IMG/VR virus record: IMGVR_UViG_3300029922_000022
Strand: one strand, 5' to 3'
DNA length: 61,209 nt
DNA from: an uncultured virus (IMG/VR IMGVR_UViG_3300029922_000022)
Taxonomy: Duplodnaviria > Heunggongvirae > Uroviricota > Caudoviricetes
The position numbers were made by a program, and so were the translations under genes. Positions within the stretch are counted from its first letter, which is position 1, and each line of letters starts with the position of its first letter. Positions 17,978 to 28,350 of this stretch are shown here, piece by piece. A model generated the notes under the pieces. That model did no database searches. It saw only the letters and a program-made list of their open reading frames with translations, and had not been told where the DNA came from.

Positions 17978-20350
17978 ATGAAACCAGTTCTTATTGTAGA
18001 ACATTGTATGGACGGTCTTAAACAGAAACCAATAAATGAAAATACCAATCAAAAGAAAGGTGATTACATTTTAGAGGGTACGTTTACGGAATTTAACATA
18101 AAGAATAGAAACGATAGAATCTATACTGCTGATAAGTTCCTACCTCATTTAGATGAATTACTAAGTCGTAAAAATCAACTTGGTGTAGTCTACGGGGAAT
18201 TTGACCACCCTGATGTGTTTGATACCTCATTATCAAGAGTTTCGCACACAATTGAAAGTGCGATATTTGATAAATCATCAAATTCAGTAAAGGGAGAAAT
18301 CCGATTATTAAATACCCATTGGGGTAAAGAAGCTAAGGCACTTGTAGATGATGGATGCCCTATTTTCGTATCATCTAGAGCCGCTGGCATCACAGAATCA
18401 GATGGTACAGTTACCGTTAAAAAATTATTTACTTATGATGCTGTTGCTGATCCTGGATTTAGTTCAGCAAGAATGGAAGTCAAATCATTAAATGAAAGTT
18501 ATGGATTTAGTGATAAAGATTACTTTAGGATATATGATATATCTGACGAGTCAAAAATAAATGAATTATTCCAAATGAACAACGAAGACTTTGTAACAAA
18601 AAAACAAATGACAGAGTATTCTAATTATTTGACAGAAGAAATTGAAACCTTTAAAACAAAAATTAATGATATGGTAAAAGGTAATAATGTTGATTTTGAT
18701 CCTGCTAAATTAGAAAGTGTACTTGATTATTACGAAAAATTACATGAACAACAATCAAAAATGGTGAAATACCTAGATTATCTTGCAGAAAGTATGCAAT
18801 TTGTTGTAAATGAAAATGTACAGTTGAAAAAAACCACAACAGATTTAATTAAACACAATGATTATCTTGCTGAAAATATTGAAAAAATAGGAAACTATTC
18901 AGAATATATAGCTGAAAATCTTGATAAATCTATTGATTATGGTAAATATATAGCTGAAACATTAGATAAGAATATTGATTTTTCAGAATATATAGCAGAA
19001 CATGTTGATAAAAACATCAAATATTCAGAATATATAGCTGAAAGTCTTGATAAATCTATTGATTATTCAGAATATGTTGCTGAAAATCTTGATAGTTCTA
19101 TTGTTTATTCAGAATATTTAGCAGAAAATTTGGATAATTCTATTATCTATTCGGAATATGTTGCTGAAAATCTTGATAATAATATAGCTTACTCAGAATA
19201 TATCGCTGAAAATCTTGATAATAATATAGCTTACTCAGAATATATCGCTGAACATGTAGATAATAACATTTCTTACTCCGAATATATCGCTGAAAATTTA
19301 GACGATTCTATGGCTTATACAAATTATATCGCAGAAAATTTGGATAAAACTATTGAAAAATCAAAACTTCTTACAGAAAGATTAAAAACTGGAAAAGTTC
19401 TTGAAAATTTTGATTTCATAACAGAAGATGAAAATACTAAAGATATTGATATCAATGGATATTACGAAGAACAAGCTCCAACAATAGAAGGCCCTGCAAC
19501 TGAACCTGCACAAGCTCAACAAACAGAAGATCAACCAATTAAACAAGAAGGTGATGTAGAAGCTCAACCAGCAGTAGAAGGTGAATTACCAACAGAAGAA
19601 CCAGTACAACCAACAACAGAAGAACCAATTCAAGCAGAAACTGAAGAAGGTGGATTACCTACTCCAGGTGAAACTATTGCAGTTGGAGATAAAACTGGAG
19701 AAGTACTTGCAACCAATCCACAAAATGGTATGGTAGTAATACAATTAGACACAGAAGAAGAACCTGTTGAAGTACATGAATCTAAAATCACTAGATTAGG
19801 AAGTAAAGTACAAAAAGTACAAAATACATTAAACGAAAATATAAATAATTTGATCAATGAAACTAAAAAAAGAAAAGCTTCTGAAAACGATCAACCAAAT
19901 TTCATGATGTTCTTAACAGAAAAAAGAAAAGCTGCTTATTATTCATTATCTAACGATGACAAAACTAAAGTTAAAATGTTATTAAAAGAAAGTGAAGGTA
20001 AATACACAAGTGAAGCACAAGTAATTTCACTTATGAATGAAGCTCTTTCTCCAAAAAGAAAATCATTTAATGATTTATTAATTGAATCAATGCCATCTGA
20101 ATTAACCCTAATTTGGAAAAAATTAGATGAAACTATTAAAAACCAAGTGTTGGCAACAGCAAGATTATTTCCTGCTCTAGATACAGTACAAAAATTTGAG
20201 AGCTTTTGGTATAGTAGAGATTTAGCACGTTACACAAATGAAAAACCTGCAAAACAATTAATCACAGAAAATCATATCGTAGATGGCTCTAAATTGAGTG
20301 AATCTCAGATTGATTATTTCAAATCAGCATTTGATAAATTAAGTTCTTAA
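17978..20350 (+). CDS. gp21: Prohead protease (gp21-like) fused to a scaffold/core region
   Basis: NRNDRIY, GEFDHP, VSH, VSSRAAG and TYDAVADPGF, followed by repeats and an acidic linker; located just upstream of the MCP. Confidence 0.9.
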   Translation: MKPVLIVEHCMDGLKQKPINENTNQKKGDYILEGTFTEFNIKNRNDRIYTADKFLPHLDELLSRKNQLGVVYGEFDHPDVFDTSLSRVSHTIESAIFDKSSNSVKGEIRLLNTHWGKEAKALVDDGCPIFVSSRAAGITESDGTVTVKKLFTYDAVADPGFSSARMEVKSLNESYGFSDKDYFRIYDISDESKINELFQMNNEDFVTKKQMTEYSNYLTEEIETFKTKINDMVKGNNVDFDPAKLESVLDYYEKLHEQQSKMVKYLDYLAESMQFVVNENVQLKKTTTDLIKHNDYLAENIEKIGNYSEYIAENLDKSIDYGKYIAETLDKNIDFSEYIAEHVDKNIKYSEYIAESLDKSIDYSEYVAENLDSSIVYSEYLAENLDNSIIYSEYVAENLDNNIAYSEYIAENLDNNIAYSEYIAEHVDNNISYSEYIAENLDDSMAYTNYIAENLDKTIEKSKLLTERLKTGKVLENFDFITEDENTKDIDINGYYEEQAPTIEGPATEPAQAQQTEDQPIKQEGDVEAQPAVEGELPTEEPVQPTTEEPIQAETEEGGLPTPGETIAVGDKTGEVLATNPQNGMVVIQLDTEEEPVEVHESKITRLGSKVQKVQNTLNENINNLINETKKRKASENDQPNFMMFLTEKRKAAYYSLSNDDKTKVKMLLKESEGKYTSEAQVISLMNEALSPKRKSFNDLLIESMPSELTLIWKKLDETIKNQVLATARLFPALDTVQKFESFWYSRDLARYTNEKPAKQLITENHIVDGSKLSESQIDYFKSAFDKLSS
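18854..19357 (+). repeat. Twelve tandem 14-aa (42-nt) repeats YSEY(I/L/V)AENLDxxIx
   Basis: Counted from HNDYLAENIEKIGN to YTNYIAENLDKTIE. Confidence 0.9.
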
Positions 20351-20365
20351 AAATTAATTTTATTC

Positions 20366-20403
20366 AAAAATAGAAAAAAATGACATTTTTTAAAGAATAT
20401 ATA
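20366..20403 (+). promoter_or_regulatory. Extended late-promoter element upstream of the MCP
   Basis: AAAAATAGAAAAAAATGACATTTTTTAAAGAATATATA. Confidence 0.7.
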
Positions 20404-20453
20404 TCATTACTGAAAAACAAAGACTTTTTAGTCTTAAAAAAATAATAAAAAAA

Positions 20454-22286
20454 ATGAATTTAATAATTGACAATCAAAAAGCAGTTGCTAAATGGAAACC
20501 AGTCTTGGAATCATTAGGAGTAGCTGACACTTACAAACAAAAATGGATGTCTGAATATGCTGAAATGCATTCAATGAATGAAAACGTTGCTTATAGTACA
20601 TTAGGTAACTTAAATGGTATGGGTGCTGTACAAGCTGCTCAACCTGCCTCAACTCCTGGTTTAGTATGGGGTGATTATGGTGCAGGAACTCCAGGTGGAA
20701 TTGGTTCTGGTGATATAGGACAAAATTTGCTTCCAGTTTCTATGAAAATTGCTGCTCAAACTATTGGTTTGGACTTAGTTGCTGTTAAACCAGCTTCTTC
20801 TCCAAAAGTTGATATGTTATTCGTAGATTTTAAATATGATAACTTAGCTGATTCTACATTGAAAGATGAAAGACCAATTATGTTCTCTCTTAATATCTCT
20901 GATGCTGCAACAAGTGCTAATTTGAATACAGCATTAAAAGCTTCTATGGCTCTTAAATTGGATGCTAACGGAATGCCAGTAAGAGAAAAAATTGGTGGTT
21001 TAACTAACCCTATTTATGTTCACTTATCAGGTGGTTCTCTTGTAACTCAGGTTCCTACATATAATACTACTGCTTTATATTTTGCACAAGGTGGAGCTAC
21101 AGGTCCTGCTGACATTAATGGATTTGATCCAATTTTGATTAATTATCCAGCAAATGGAACAACTCCTACCAAAGAAGGTTGGATGGAATTTTTAGGATGG
21201 TCTCGTATTAATGGATATCCAATGTTTAGAATTTTCCGTCAATTTAATCCAGGTTCTAACAACGCAGGTTGGGGATTTGTAAATGATAGAAATACTTTTC
21301 CAACTGCAGCTTATTCTATTTCTGATATTTTGAATAGCGGAATTGTTATTGAAGTAGCTTCTGGTACAACTGCTAAACAAGCAGTTACTTTAACTGGTGT
21401 TACTATTGACTTAGTATCATTGTTAGAAGATCATATTCCTGGTTTCTCAGCAGGTTGGTATTTGAAACAACCAATGGTAAGAGATGAAGACGAAAGAACT
21501 TATCCAAATGTTATCGGACCAGATATCTTTACTAAAACTATACAAGTAGGTGATATTGAAATTTCTAGTTCATTAAAAAGAACTCAAATTGAAGATATTA
21601 AAGCTGCAACAGGTATGGATATCGTTCAAAAACTTGAATCAGTTCTTGTTAATGAGTTAACTCAAACTATTTCAAAACAAATCATATTTAAAGTTACAGA
21701 AATGGCTGATAAAAACAGAATCGCTTGGACAACTCCTAAAGATGCTGCTGGTGTTTCTAAATTTGACTTTAACGTTGATACTTATTTGAAAGTTGGTGCT
21801 GCTACCCCAGGAGGTGAAACTACTCACTCAATCCAAAGGAAACTTATTGCTAAACTTAATAACGCTTCTAACTTTATTGCAACTGAAGGTCGTGTTGGAC
21901 CAGCTCAATACCTTGTAACAAATGGTAATTTAGCTTCTGTAATTCAGGACGTTGCAGGTTATACTCTTAATCCAGTAAAATCTAACTTAAACGCTAATGG
22001 ACAATTATTCCCAATGGGAAATATCGGAAATATTAGCATATACGTTGACCCTTATCAAAGATGGGATGATAACAGAATATTCTTAGGAAGAAAAAATAGT
22101 GTTGAACAACCAGGTTTGGTATTCGTACCTTATTTGATGGCCCAATCTATTCAGTTAATTTCCGAAGCCACATGGGCTCCAAGAATGCTAATCAGAAGCC
22201 GCTACGCAGTCGCCGATATAGGATTCTTTCCTTGGAAGCAATTTATGACTATTTTAGTTACTGATAGTGCAGGTGTACTTATCTAA
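20454..22286 (+). CDS. gp23: Major capsid protein (T4 gp23-like)
   Basis: KWKPVLE, DLVAVKP..SP, EDIKA, YVDPY, GLVFVPY and PRMLIRSRY; strongly biased codons. Confidence 0.92.
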   Translation: MNLIIDNQKAVAKWKPVLESLGVADTYKQKWMSEYAEMHSMNENVAYSTLGNLNGMGAVQAAQPASTPGLVWGDYGAGTPGGIGSGDIGQNLLPVSMKIAAQTIGLDLVAVKPASSPKVDMLFVDFKYDNLADSTLKDERPIMFSLNISDAATSANLNTALKASMALKLDANGMPVREKIGGLTNPIYVHLSGGSLVTQVPTYNTTALYFAQGGATGPADINGFDPILINYPANGTTPTKEGWMEFLGWSRINGYPMFRIFRQFNPGSNNAGWGFVNDRNTFPTAAYSISDILNSGIVIEVASGTTAKQAVTLTGVTIDLVSLLEDHIPGFSAGWYLKQPMVRDEDERTYPNVIGPDIFTKTIQVGDIEISSSLKRTQIEDIKAATGMDIVQKLESVLVNELTQTISKQIIFKVTEMADKNRIAWTTPKDAAGVSKFDFNVDTYLKVGAATPGGETTHSIQRKLIAKLNNASNFIATEGRVGPAQYLVTNGNLASVIQDVAGYTLNPVKSNLNANGQLFPMGNIGNISIYVDPYQRWDDNRIFLGRKNSVEQPGLVFVPYLMAQSIQLISEATWAPRMLIRSRYAVADIGFFPWKQFMTILVTDSAGVLI

Positions 22287-22311
22287 TAGTTAGGTATTTA
22301 GTATAATATTT

Positions 22312-22341
22312 AAAAAAGAGAGAATTTATTCTCTCTTTTTT
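22312..22341. terminator. Intrinsic terminator after the MCP
   Basis: aaaaaagagagaat-tt-attctctctttttt. Confidence 0.8.
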
Positions 22342-22445
22342 AATATGATAATTTAATACCTGATACAATAAAAAATTATTTATTGAAATAATATAAACTT
22401 TTGTGATATTAAATACTATACTATACTATATAAAATATTAATTTA

Positions 22446-23366
22446 ATGAAAAAATTAACAGAAGACGAATTATTAAAAAGATTCAATAAAGTTCATAATT
22501 ATAAATTTGATTATTCTTTAATGAATTATATAGATATAAATTCAAAAATAACCATAATTTGTCCAATTCATGGTATTTTTAATCAAACTGTAAAAAATCA
22601 TCTACATGGAAATGATTGTTTTGAATGTTCTAAAATAAAAAAATCAAAAACAACAGAAGAATTCACAACTCAAGCATCAAAAATACATAATAATTTTTAT
22701 GATTATTCTATAACAATATATAAAAATTATTTAACAAAAGTTAAAATTATATGTCCTATACATGGAGAATTCAAAGAATTTCCAACTGAACACATTAAAG
22801 GATCAGGATGTAGAAAATGTGGAATTGAAAAAACAAGATTAGGAACTATATTAGGAGAATACAAATGTACAGAAAAAGCAAAAAATATTCATGGAGATAA
22901 GTATGATTATAGTAATATGAATTATATTAATTCGTATACTAGAATTGAAATTATATGTCCTAAACATGGATCATTTTATCAAACTCCTCAAGATCATATT
23001 TATAGTAAAGCAGGTTGCCCAATATGTAAAGAATCAAAAGGTGAATTATTGGTTTCCAAAATATTGAAATCATTTAATATAAAATTTGATAGGCAAAAAT
23101 CTTTTCCAGAATTAAAACACAAAAGATTATTATATTTCGATTTTTATTTACCTGATTATAATGCATGTATTGAGTATGATGGTGAACAGCATTTTAAATC
23201 TATTATAGGTTGGGGAGGCGATGATAATTTTTATGAGTTACAATTTAGAGATTTGTTAAAAAATGAATATTGTAAATTAAATAATATTAATTTATTAAGG
23301 TTAAAATTCAATGAATCAGATTCTGAAATAAAAGAAAATATTATAAATTTTTTACAAATAAAATGA
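22446..23366 (+). CDS. Endonuclease with three YDYS..ICP.HG..GC..C Zn repeats and a PD-(D/E)XK (DUF559/Vsr-like) domain
   Basis: SKGE, FDFYLP and IEYDGEQH motifs. Confidence 0.8.
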   Translation: MKKLTEDELLKRFNKVHNYKFDYSLMNYIDINSKITIICPIHGIFNQTVKNHLHGNDCFECSKIKKSKTTEEFTTQASKIHNNFYDYSITIYKNYLTKVKIICPIHGEFKEFPTEHIKGSGCRKCGIEKTRLGTILGEYKCTEKAKNIHGDKYDYSNMNYINSYTRIEIICPKHGSFYQTPQDHIYSKAGCPICKESKGELLVSKILKSFNIKFDRQKSFPELKHKRLLYFDFYLPDYNACIEYDGEQHFKSIIGWGGDDNFYELQFRDLLKNEYCKLNNINLLRLKFNESDSEIKENIINFLQIK

Positions 23367-23370
23367 GCAT

Positions 23371-24400
23371 ATGATACTATCTAAAATTGTTTCAGTTAAA
23401 GTAACAAATAAAAATGTAAGTTATTATAAAAAATTATATCTTTTAATGCACTCAGGTGATATTATAGAAGTTAATGTATCTGATTTATCTCATGGATCAA
23501 AGCAAAAGATTAATATTTGTTGTGATGTATGTGGCGATGAAAAAATTATGGCAATTAAAGATTATAATAGAATAACAAATAATAATTCTGAAAAACATTT
23601 TTGTTTCAAATGCAAAAACGAAAAAACAAAAGAAACAAATTTAAAAAAATATGGAGTTGAAAATGTTTTTCAAAGTGATGAAATAAAAGATAAATCTAAA
23701 AAAACATGTTTAAAAAAATATGGTATTGAATATTATCAAAAAACAGATGAATATAAAAATAAAGTAATAAAAACAAATTTAAAAAATTTTGGTGTTAAAT
23801 ATCCTTTACAAAATGATGAAGTAAAAAATAAAATAGATTTCAGTCACTCCAAAGAAAGTATAGATAAAATGATATTAACTACGCGTGAAAATTATTCAAA
23901 AATTTTTCCATGCGTAGCAAATAAAATGCATGACTATAAATATAATTATAGTGAAGTGAATTATATTAATTCTTATACAAAAGTTAAAATTATTTGTCCT
24001 AAACATGGTATATTTTTACAAAAACCAGGAGAACATTTATATAATAAAGTAGGTTGTCCAATATGCAAAGAATCAAAAGGAGAATTATTAATAAGTAATA
24101 TATTGAATGAATTAAATATAGAATATAATAGGCAAAAAAACTTTTCCTGATTTGAAATATAAGTCGTTATTATATTTTGATTTTTATTTACCAGATTATA
24201 ATATTTGTATAGAATATGATGGTGAACAACATTTTAGATCAATTGAATATTGGGGTGGAGATAAACAATTTGAAATAATAAAATTGCGTGATAATTTAAA
24301 ATCTGAATATTGTAAAGATAATAATATTAATTTATTAAGATTAAATTTTAATGAATCAGATGAAGATGTTAAATTTAAAATACAAACTATATTAATATAA
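23371..24400 (+). CDS. Endonuclease (Zn ribbon, KYGV repeats, CP.HG repeat, PD-(D/E)XK); 1-nt frameshift in A7 at 24134-24140
   Basis: Removing one A gives RQKTFPDLKYKSLLYFDFYLP, collinear with RQKSFPELKHKRLLYFDFYLP of 22446..23366. Confidence 0.75.
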
Positions 24401-24429
24401 ACTTTTGTGATATTAAAACTATATATGAT

Positions 24430-26412
24430 ATGATAATAACTAAAAAAATAGAAATAAAGACTACAAATAAGAACATTACTTATTATAAAAATTTAGGATA
24501 TGACGTAAAATCTGGCGATATTATAATTATTAATGTTAATGAATTACCTAAAACATCAAAAACTAAAATTGATGTATTATGTGATAAATGTGAAGAAAAA
24601 AACAATATTTCTTATTTTTCATATTTACGAAATATAGAAACTGATAATATTTATCATTGTAAAAAATGCTCAGGAATTAGGTGTAAAGAAACAAATATCA
24701 TTAGATATGGTGTAGATCATCCATTAAAATTAGAAGAGTTTAAGGATAAAATAAAAAAGACAAATTTAGAAAAATATGGATTTGAATATTCCATGCAAAA
24801 TATTGATATTAAAAATAAAGTAAGGTTTACAACGAATGAAAGATATGGTACTGATGAATATATGTCTACTGATGAATTTAAAGAAAAATCTAAACTAACA
24901 TTAATGAATAGGTATGGTGTAGATTCACCTTTAAAAAATGATATAATAAAGAAAAAAGTAGAAGATACTTGCATAGAACGATATCAAGCGAAATCTCCAT
25001 TTGAATCTAAATTTATTAAAGATAAAATATCTAATATAAAAAAAGATAAATATAATGATGAAAATTATAATAACAGAGATAAATATAAAGAAACTTGTTT
25101 AGATAAATATGGTTTTGAAAATCCGATGCAAAATGAATTAATAAAGCAAAAATTATCTAATATAATTTTTGAAAAATATGGAGTATATTATCCAGCACAA
25201 AATGATGATATATATCAAAAAATGTTAAAAAATGGATTACGTATTTATAAATTTAAAGAAACTGATATTTATTATCAAGGAGAATATGAATTAGATTTTT
25301 TAGATAGGTATTTTGATTTAATTAAAATAAAAAGAGGAAATTCAATAAAATATATTTTTAATAATAAAGAATGTATATATTTTCCTGATTTTTATAATGA
25401 TAAATTAAATTTGATAATAGAAATAAAATCATCTTATTGGTATGATAAGCATAAAGATAAGAACATTGCAAAACAATTAGCATGTAAAGAACAAGGATAT
25501 AATTTTATTTTTATAGTGAATAAAAATTATGAAATATTCAATAAGATAATAGAATCAATAACATACAATAAAGAACATTGTTGGCAATATGACATTAGAT
25601 TAAATACATTAAAAGATGATATTATAAAAATAAATTTTGACTATAAAAATCTTAAAGTTTCTGATTTTAATTTTGAATTTATAGATAAAGATGATATAAG
25701 AACAACAGATATTGTTGATTTTATAAAAAAATATGAATGGCTTGGTAAAATGCCAAATAGACCTACTCATAGATTTATAGCAACATATAAAGGTATAATG
25801 GCTGGAGCAATTGTTATGTCTACTCCAAATGCATTTTCCAATATATTAGGTGATGATACATCAAGTATAGAAAAATTGATAAGTAGAGGAGCATGTGCAT
25901 CTTGGACACCAAAGAATTTAGCTAGTTCATTAATTATGTGGTCAATTAAATGGATGGTTAAAAATACAGAATTTAGATTATTTGAAGCTTATGCTGACAC
26001 TGAAGCAAAAGAACTTGGTACAATTTATCAAGCTTGTAATTTTTACTATCTTGGTAATAATTTTGGATCAACTAAATTATATTTTGATCCTGATAATATA
26101 AATAAAGGTTGGGTTAATAGTAGAGGATTTAGAAAATTAAATTTCTACAAATCTTATTTAAAAACTATTAATATTATATGGCAAGATGAATGGAATAAAA
26201 AAACAAAAATTTTATGGGAAAAAATTCCAAATAATATTGCAGAAATAATGAAAAATTATTCAATAGAATCAATAAAAAAATGTCATATTAGAATCATAAA
26301 TCAAAAACATAAATATATTTATATATTAGGTTTCGATAATAGAGAAACAAAAAAATTGAGAAAAAAATTTGAATCTACAAATAAAATATTTAATTATCCA
26401 AAAAATAGATAA
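24430..26412 (+). CDS. Endonuclease-like protein fused to a Mom-like (GNAT) DNA-modification domain
   Basis: ~8 23-aa repeats, YFPDFY..IEIKS, then FI..YEWLG, LISRGAC, KNLAS, AYAD..ELGTIYQACNFYYLG. Confidence 0.7.
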   Translation: MIITKKIEIKTTNKNITYYKNLGYDVKSGDIIIINVNELPKTSKTKIDVLCDKCEEKNNISYFSYLRNIETDNIYHCKKCSGIRCKETNIIRYGVDHPLKLEEFKDKIKKTNLEKYGFEYSMQNIDIKNKVRFTTNERYGTDEYMSTDEFKEKSKLTLMNRYGVDSPLKNDIIKKKVEDTCIERYQAKSPFESKFIKDKISNIKKDKYNDENYNNRDKYKETCLDKYGFENPMQNELIKQKLSNIIFEKYGVYYPAQNDDIYQKMLKNGLRIYKFKETDIYYQGEYELDFLDRYFDLIKIKRGNSIKYIFNNKECIYFPDFYNDKLNLIIEIKSSYWYDKHKDKNIAKQLACKEQGYNFIFIVNKNYEIFNKIIESITYNKEHCWQYDIRLNTLKDDIIKINFDYKNLKVSDFNFEFIDKDDIRTTDIVDFIKKYEWLGKMPNRPTHRFIATYKGIMAGAIVMSTPNAFSNILGDDTSSIEKLISRGACASWTPKNLASSLIMWSIKWMVKNTEFRLFEAYADTEAKELGTIYQACNFYYLGNNFGSTKLYFDPDNINKGWVNSRGFRKLNFYKSYLKTINIIWQDEWNKKTKILWEKIPNNIAEIMKNYSIESIKKCHIRIINQKHKYIYILGFDNRETKKLRKKFESTNKIFNYPKNR

Positions 26413-26450
26413 TCGTTTTTATATATAACCTTATAAAAATAAAATGAAAC

Positions 26451-26828
26451 ATGGTAACTAAATTTGATAATTTTTTAAATGAATTTTACACTGGAACATA
26501 TGCTTCTGCTGGATTTAAAACTAGTGAGCCAACTGATGAATATGAATTTACTGTAGATATAGAATATGATTCTAAAAATGAAGAAATAATTAAGAATAAT
26601 ATATTATCAAAATATAATATTCCATATAATGATTTTTCTTTAAAACATGTATCTAATGCCCAAGAGTTAAAAATAAAAATTATATCATATAATAAATGGG
26701 AAGCATCTTCAATAATATCCACATTATTAGATTCATTACATAAAAATGATATAGCATTTGATCCAAGATCAATTGAAGCGCCAACATTAAGAATAGGTGA
26801 TAGAACTAAAGTTTCTGGATTTAAATAA
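26451..26828 (+). CDS. Small protein with leader MVTKFDNFLNE
   Basis: Late TATATA element upstream. Confidence 0.7.
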   Translation: MVTKFDNFLNEFYTGTYASAGFKTSEPTDEYEFTVDIEYDSKNEEIIKNNILSKYNIPYNDFSLKHVSNAQELKIKIISYNKWEASSIISTLLDSLHKNDIAFDPRSIEAPTLRIGDRTKVSGFK

Positions 26829-26867
26829 AAAATTAAACTTTTTAATATCTTTAAAGTATAATTATTT

Positions 26868-27695
26868 ATGATAAATATTATATTATTTAGTAAAGACCGT
26901 CCCGCACAATTGGAATTATTACTTCGTTCTATGAAATTATATTTTAAAGAATTTAATCAGAATATGATTAATATTCTTTATACGTATTCTAATAATGATT
27001 TTAAAAAAGGATATGATAAATTATTTACAATTCATAATGATAGTAATATAAATTATATAAAAGAAACAGATAAATTTAAAAGTCACGTTATAAATTTATT
27101 AAATCCAGAAAATTCTCACTCTATATTTTTTGTTGATGATGATGTATTTAAAATGCCATTTACTTTAAATTGTAAACAATTTAAATTATTTACTATGAAT
27201 GATGACATCTTAACTTTATCATTAAGAATACATCCATATTTAACTTATTGTTATTCATTAAAGATAAGAACGACAGCTCCACATTTTAATTCAGATTTAA
27301 CATTCAAATGGTATAGAGAGCAAGGAGATTTTGGCTATCCTATGTCTTTGGACGGTCATTTTTTTAGAACAAGTGATATATTACCTCTCACATCAGAAAT
27401 AGCATTTAATAATCCAAATACATATGAAAGTGTTTTAGCTGGATATACATTAAATAGATCAAAAATAATTTGCTTTGAAAATTCGATAATAGTAAACAAT
27501 CCATTAAATAGGGTACAAAATATATTTAAAAATGTGCATGGAAATATATCAGCAGATTTTATAAATGATAAATTTTTAGATGATTATGTAATTGATTTAG
27601 ATAATTTTAAAGGTATTTTAAATAGTTCTTGTCATCAAGAAATAGATATAAAATTTATAAAAAATAATATTAATATTAATGAGACTGTTGATTAA
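26868..27695 (+). CDS. Putative GT-A glycosyltransferase
   Basis: IILFSKDRP.QL and FFVDDD motifs. Confidence 0.65.
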   Translation: MINIILFSKDRPAQLELLLRSMKLYFKEFNQNMINILYTYSNNDFKKGYDKLFTIHNDSNINYIKETDKFKSHVINLLNPENSHSIFFVDDDVFKMPFTLNCKQFKLFTMNDDILTLSLRIHPYLTYCYSLKIRTTAPHFNSDLTFKWYREQGDFGYPMSLDGHFFRTSDILPLTSEIAFNNPNTYESVLAGYTLNRSKIICFENSIIVNNPLNRVQNIFKNVHGNISADFINDKFLDDYVIDLDNFKGILNSSCHQEIDIKFIKNNININETVD

Positions 27696-28350
27696 ATTTC
27701 CGACTAGAAATAGATCAAAAAAATTTTTTGAAGTTTTAGATTTATATTATAAAAATTTAAATAATATAGATTTGACTGATTTTTGTATTTCAATAGATGA
27801 GGATGATTTAACTATGAATAATGAAGAAATTCTTTCAAAATTAGATAATTATGAAAATTTAGTAGTATTTATAGGTAATTCTGAATATAAAATAGAAGCA
27901 TGTAATTCTGATATAGATGAAATGAAAGATTGGAATATAGTATTACTAGCATCTGATGATATGATACCTCAAATCAAAGGATATGATGATATAATACGAG
28001 ATAATATGAAAAAATATTATCCAGATACTGATGGTGTATTATGGTTTTATGATGGAAATAGAAGAGATTTAAATACACTTTGTATATTAGGTAAAAAATA
28101 CTATGATAGATTTGGTTATATTTATCATAGAGGATATCGTAGTTTTTATTGTGATGATGAATTTACAAAAGTTGCTAATAAATTAAATAAGCAAACTTTT
28201 ATAGAACAAACAATTATAAAACATGAGCATCCTGATATACCTGAATTTAGAGATCAATTTGATGAATTATATGCTAAAAATAATAAATATTATCAATTAG
28301 ACTACAATTTCTTTCAATTAAGGCAAAAAAATAAATTTGGATTAAAATGA
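27679..28350 (+). CDS. Putative GT2-like glycosyltransferase
   Basis: KFPTR.R, ASDDMIP, YCDDEF and HEH motifs. Confidence 0.7.
   Translation: MRLLIKFPTRNRSKKFFEVLDLYYKNLNNIDLTDFCISIDEDDLTMNNEEILSKLDNYENLVVFIGNSEYKIEACNSDIDEMKDWNIVLLASDDMIPQIKGYDDIIRDNMKKYYPDTDGVLWFYDGNRRDLNTLCILGKKYYDRFGYIYHRGYRSFYCDDEFTKVANKLNKQTFIEQTIIKHEHPDIPEFRDQFDELYAKNNKYYQLDYNFFQLRQKNKFGLK

Larger units (their letters stand above)
22389..24417 (+). repeat. Exact 25-bp direct repeat (22389-22413 and 24393-24417)
   Basis: taatataaacttttgtgatattaaa at both sites. Confidence 0.85.

Noticed and set aside
24152..24400. Independent 82-aa gene
   Set aside because: It is the frameshifted C-terminus of 23371..24150
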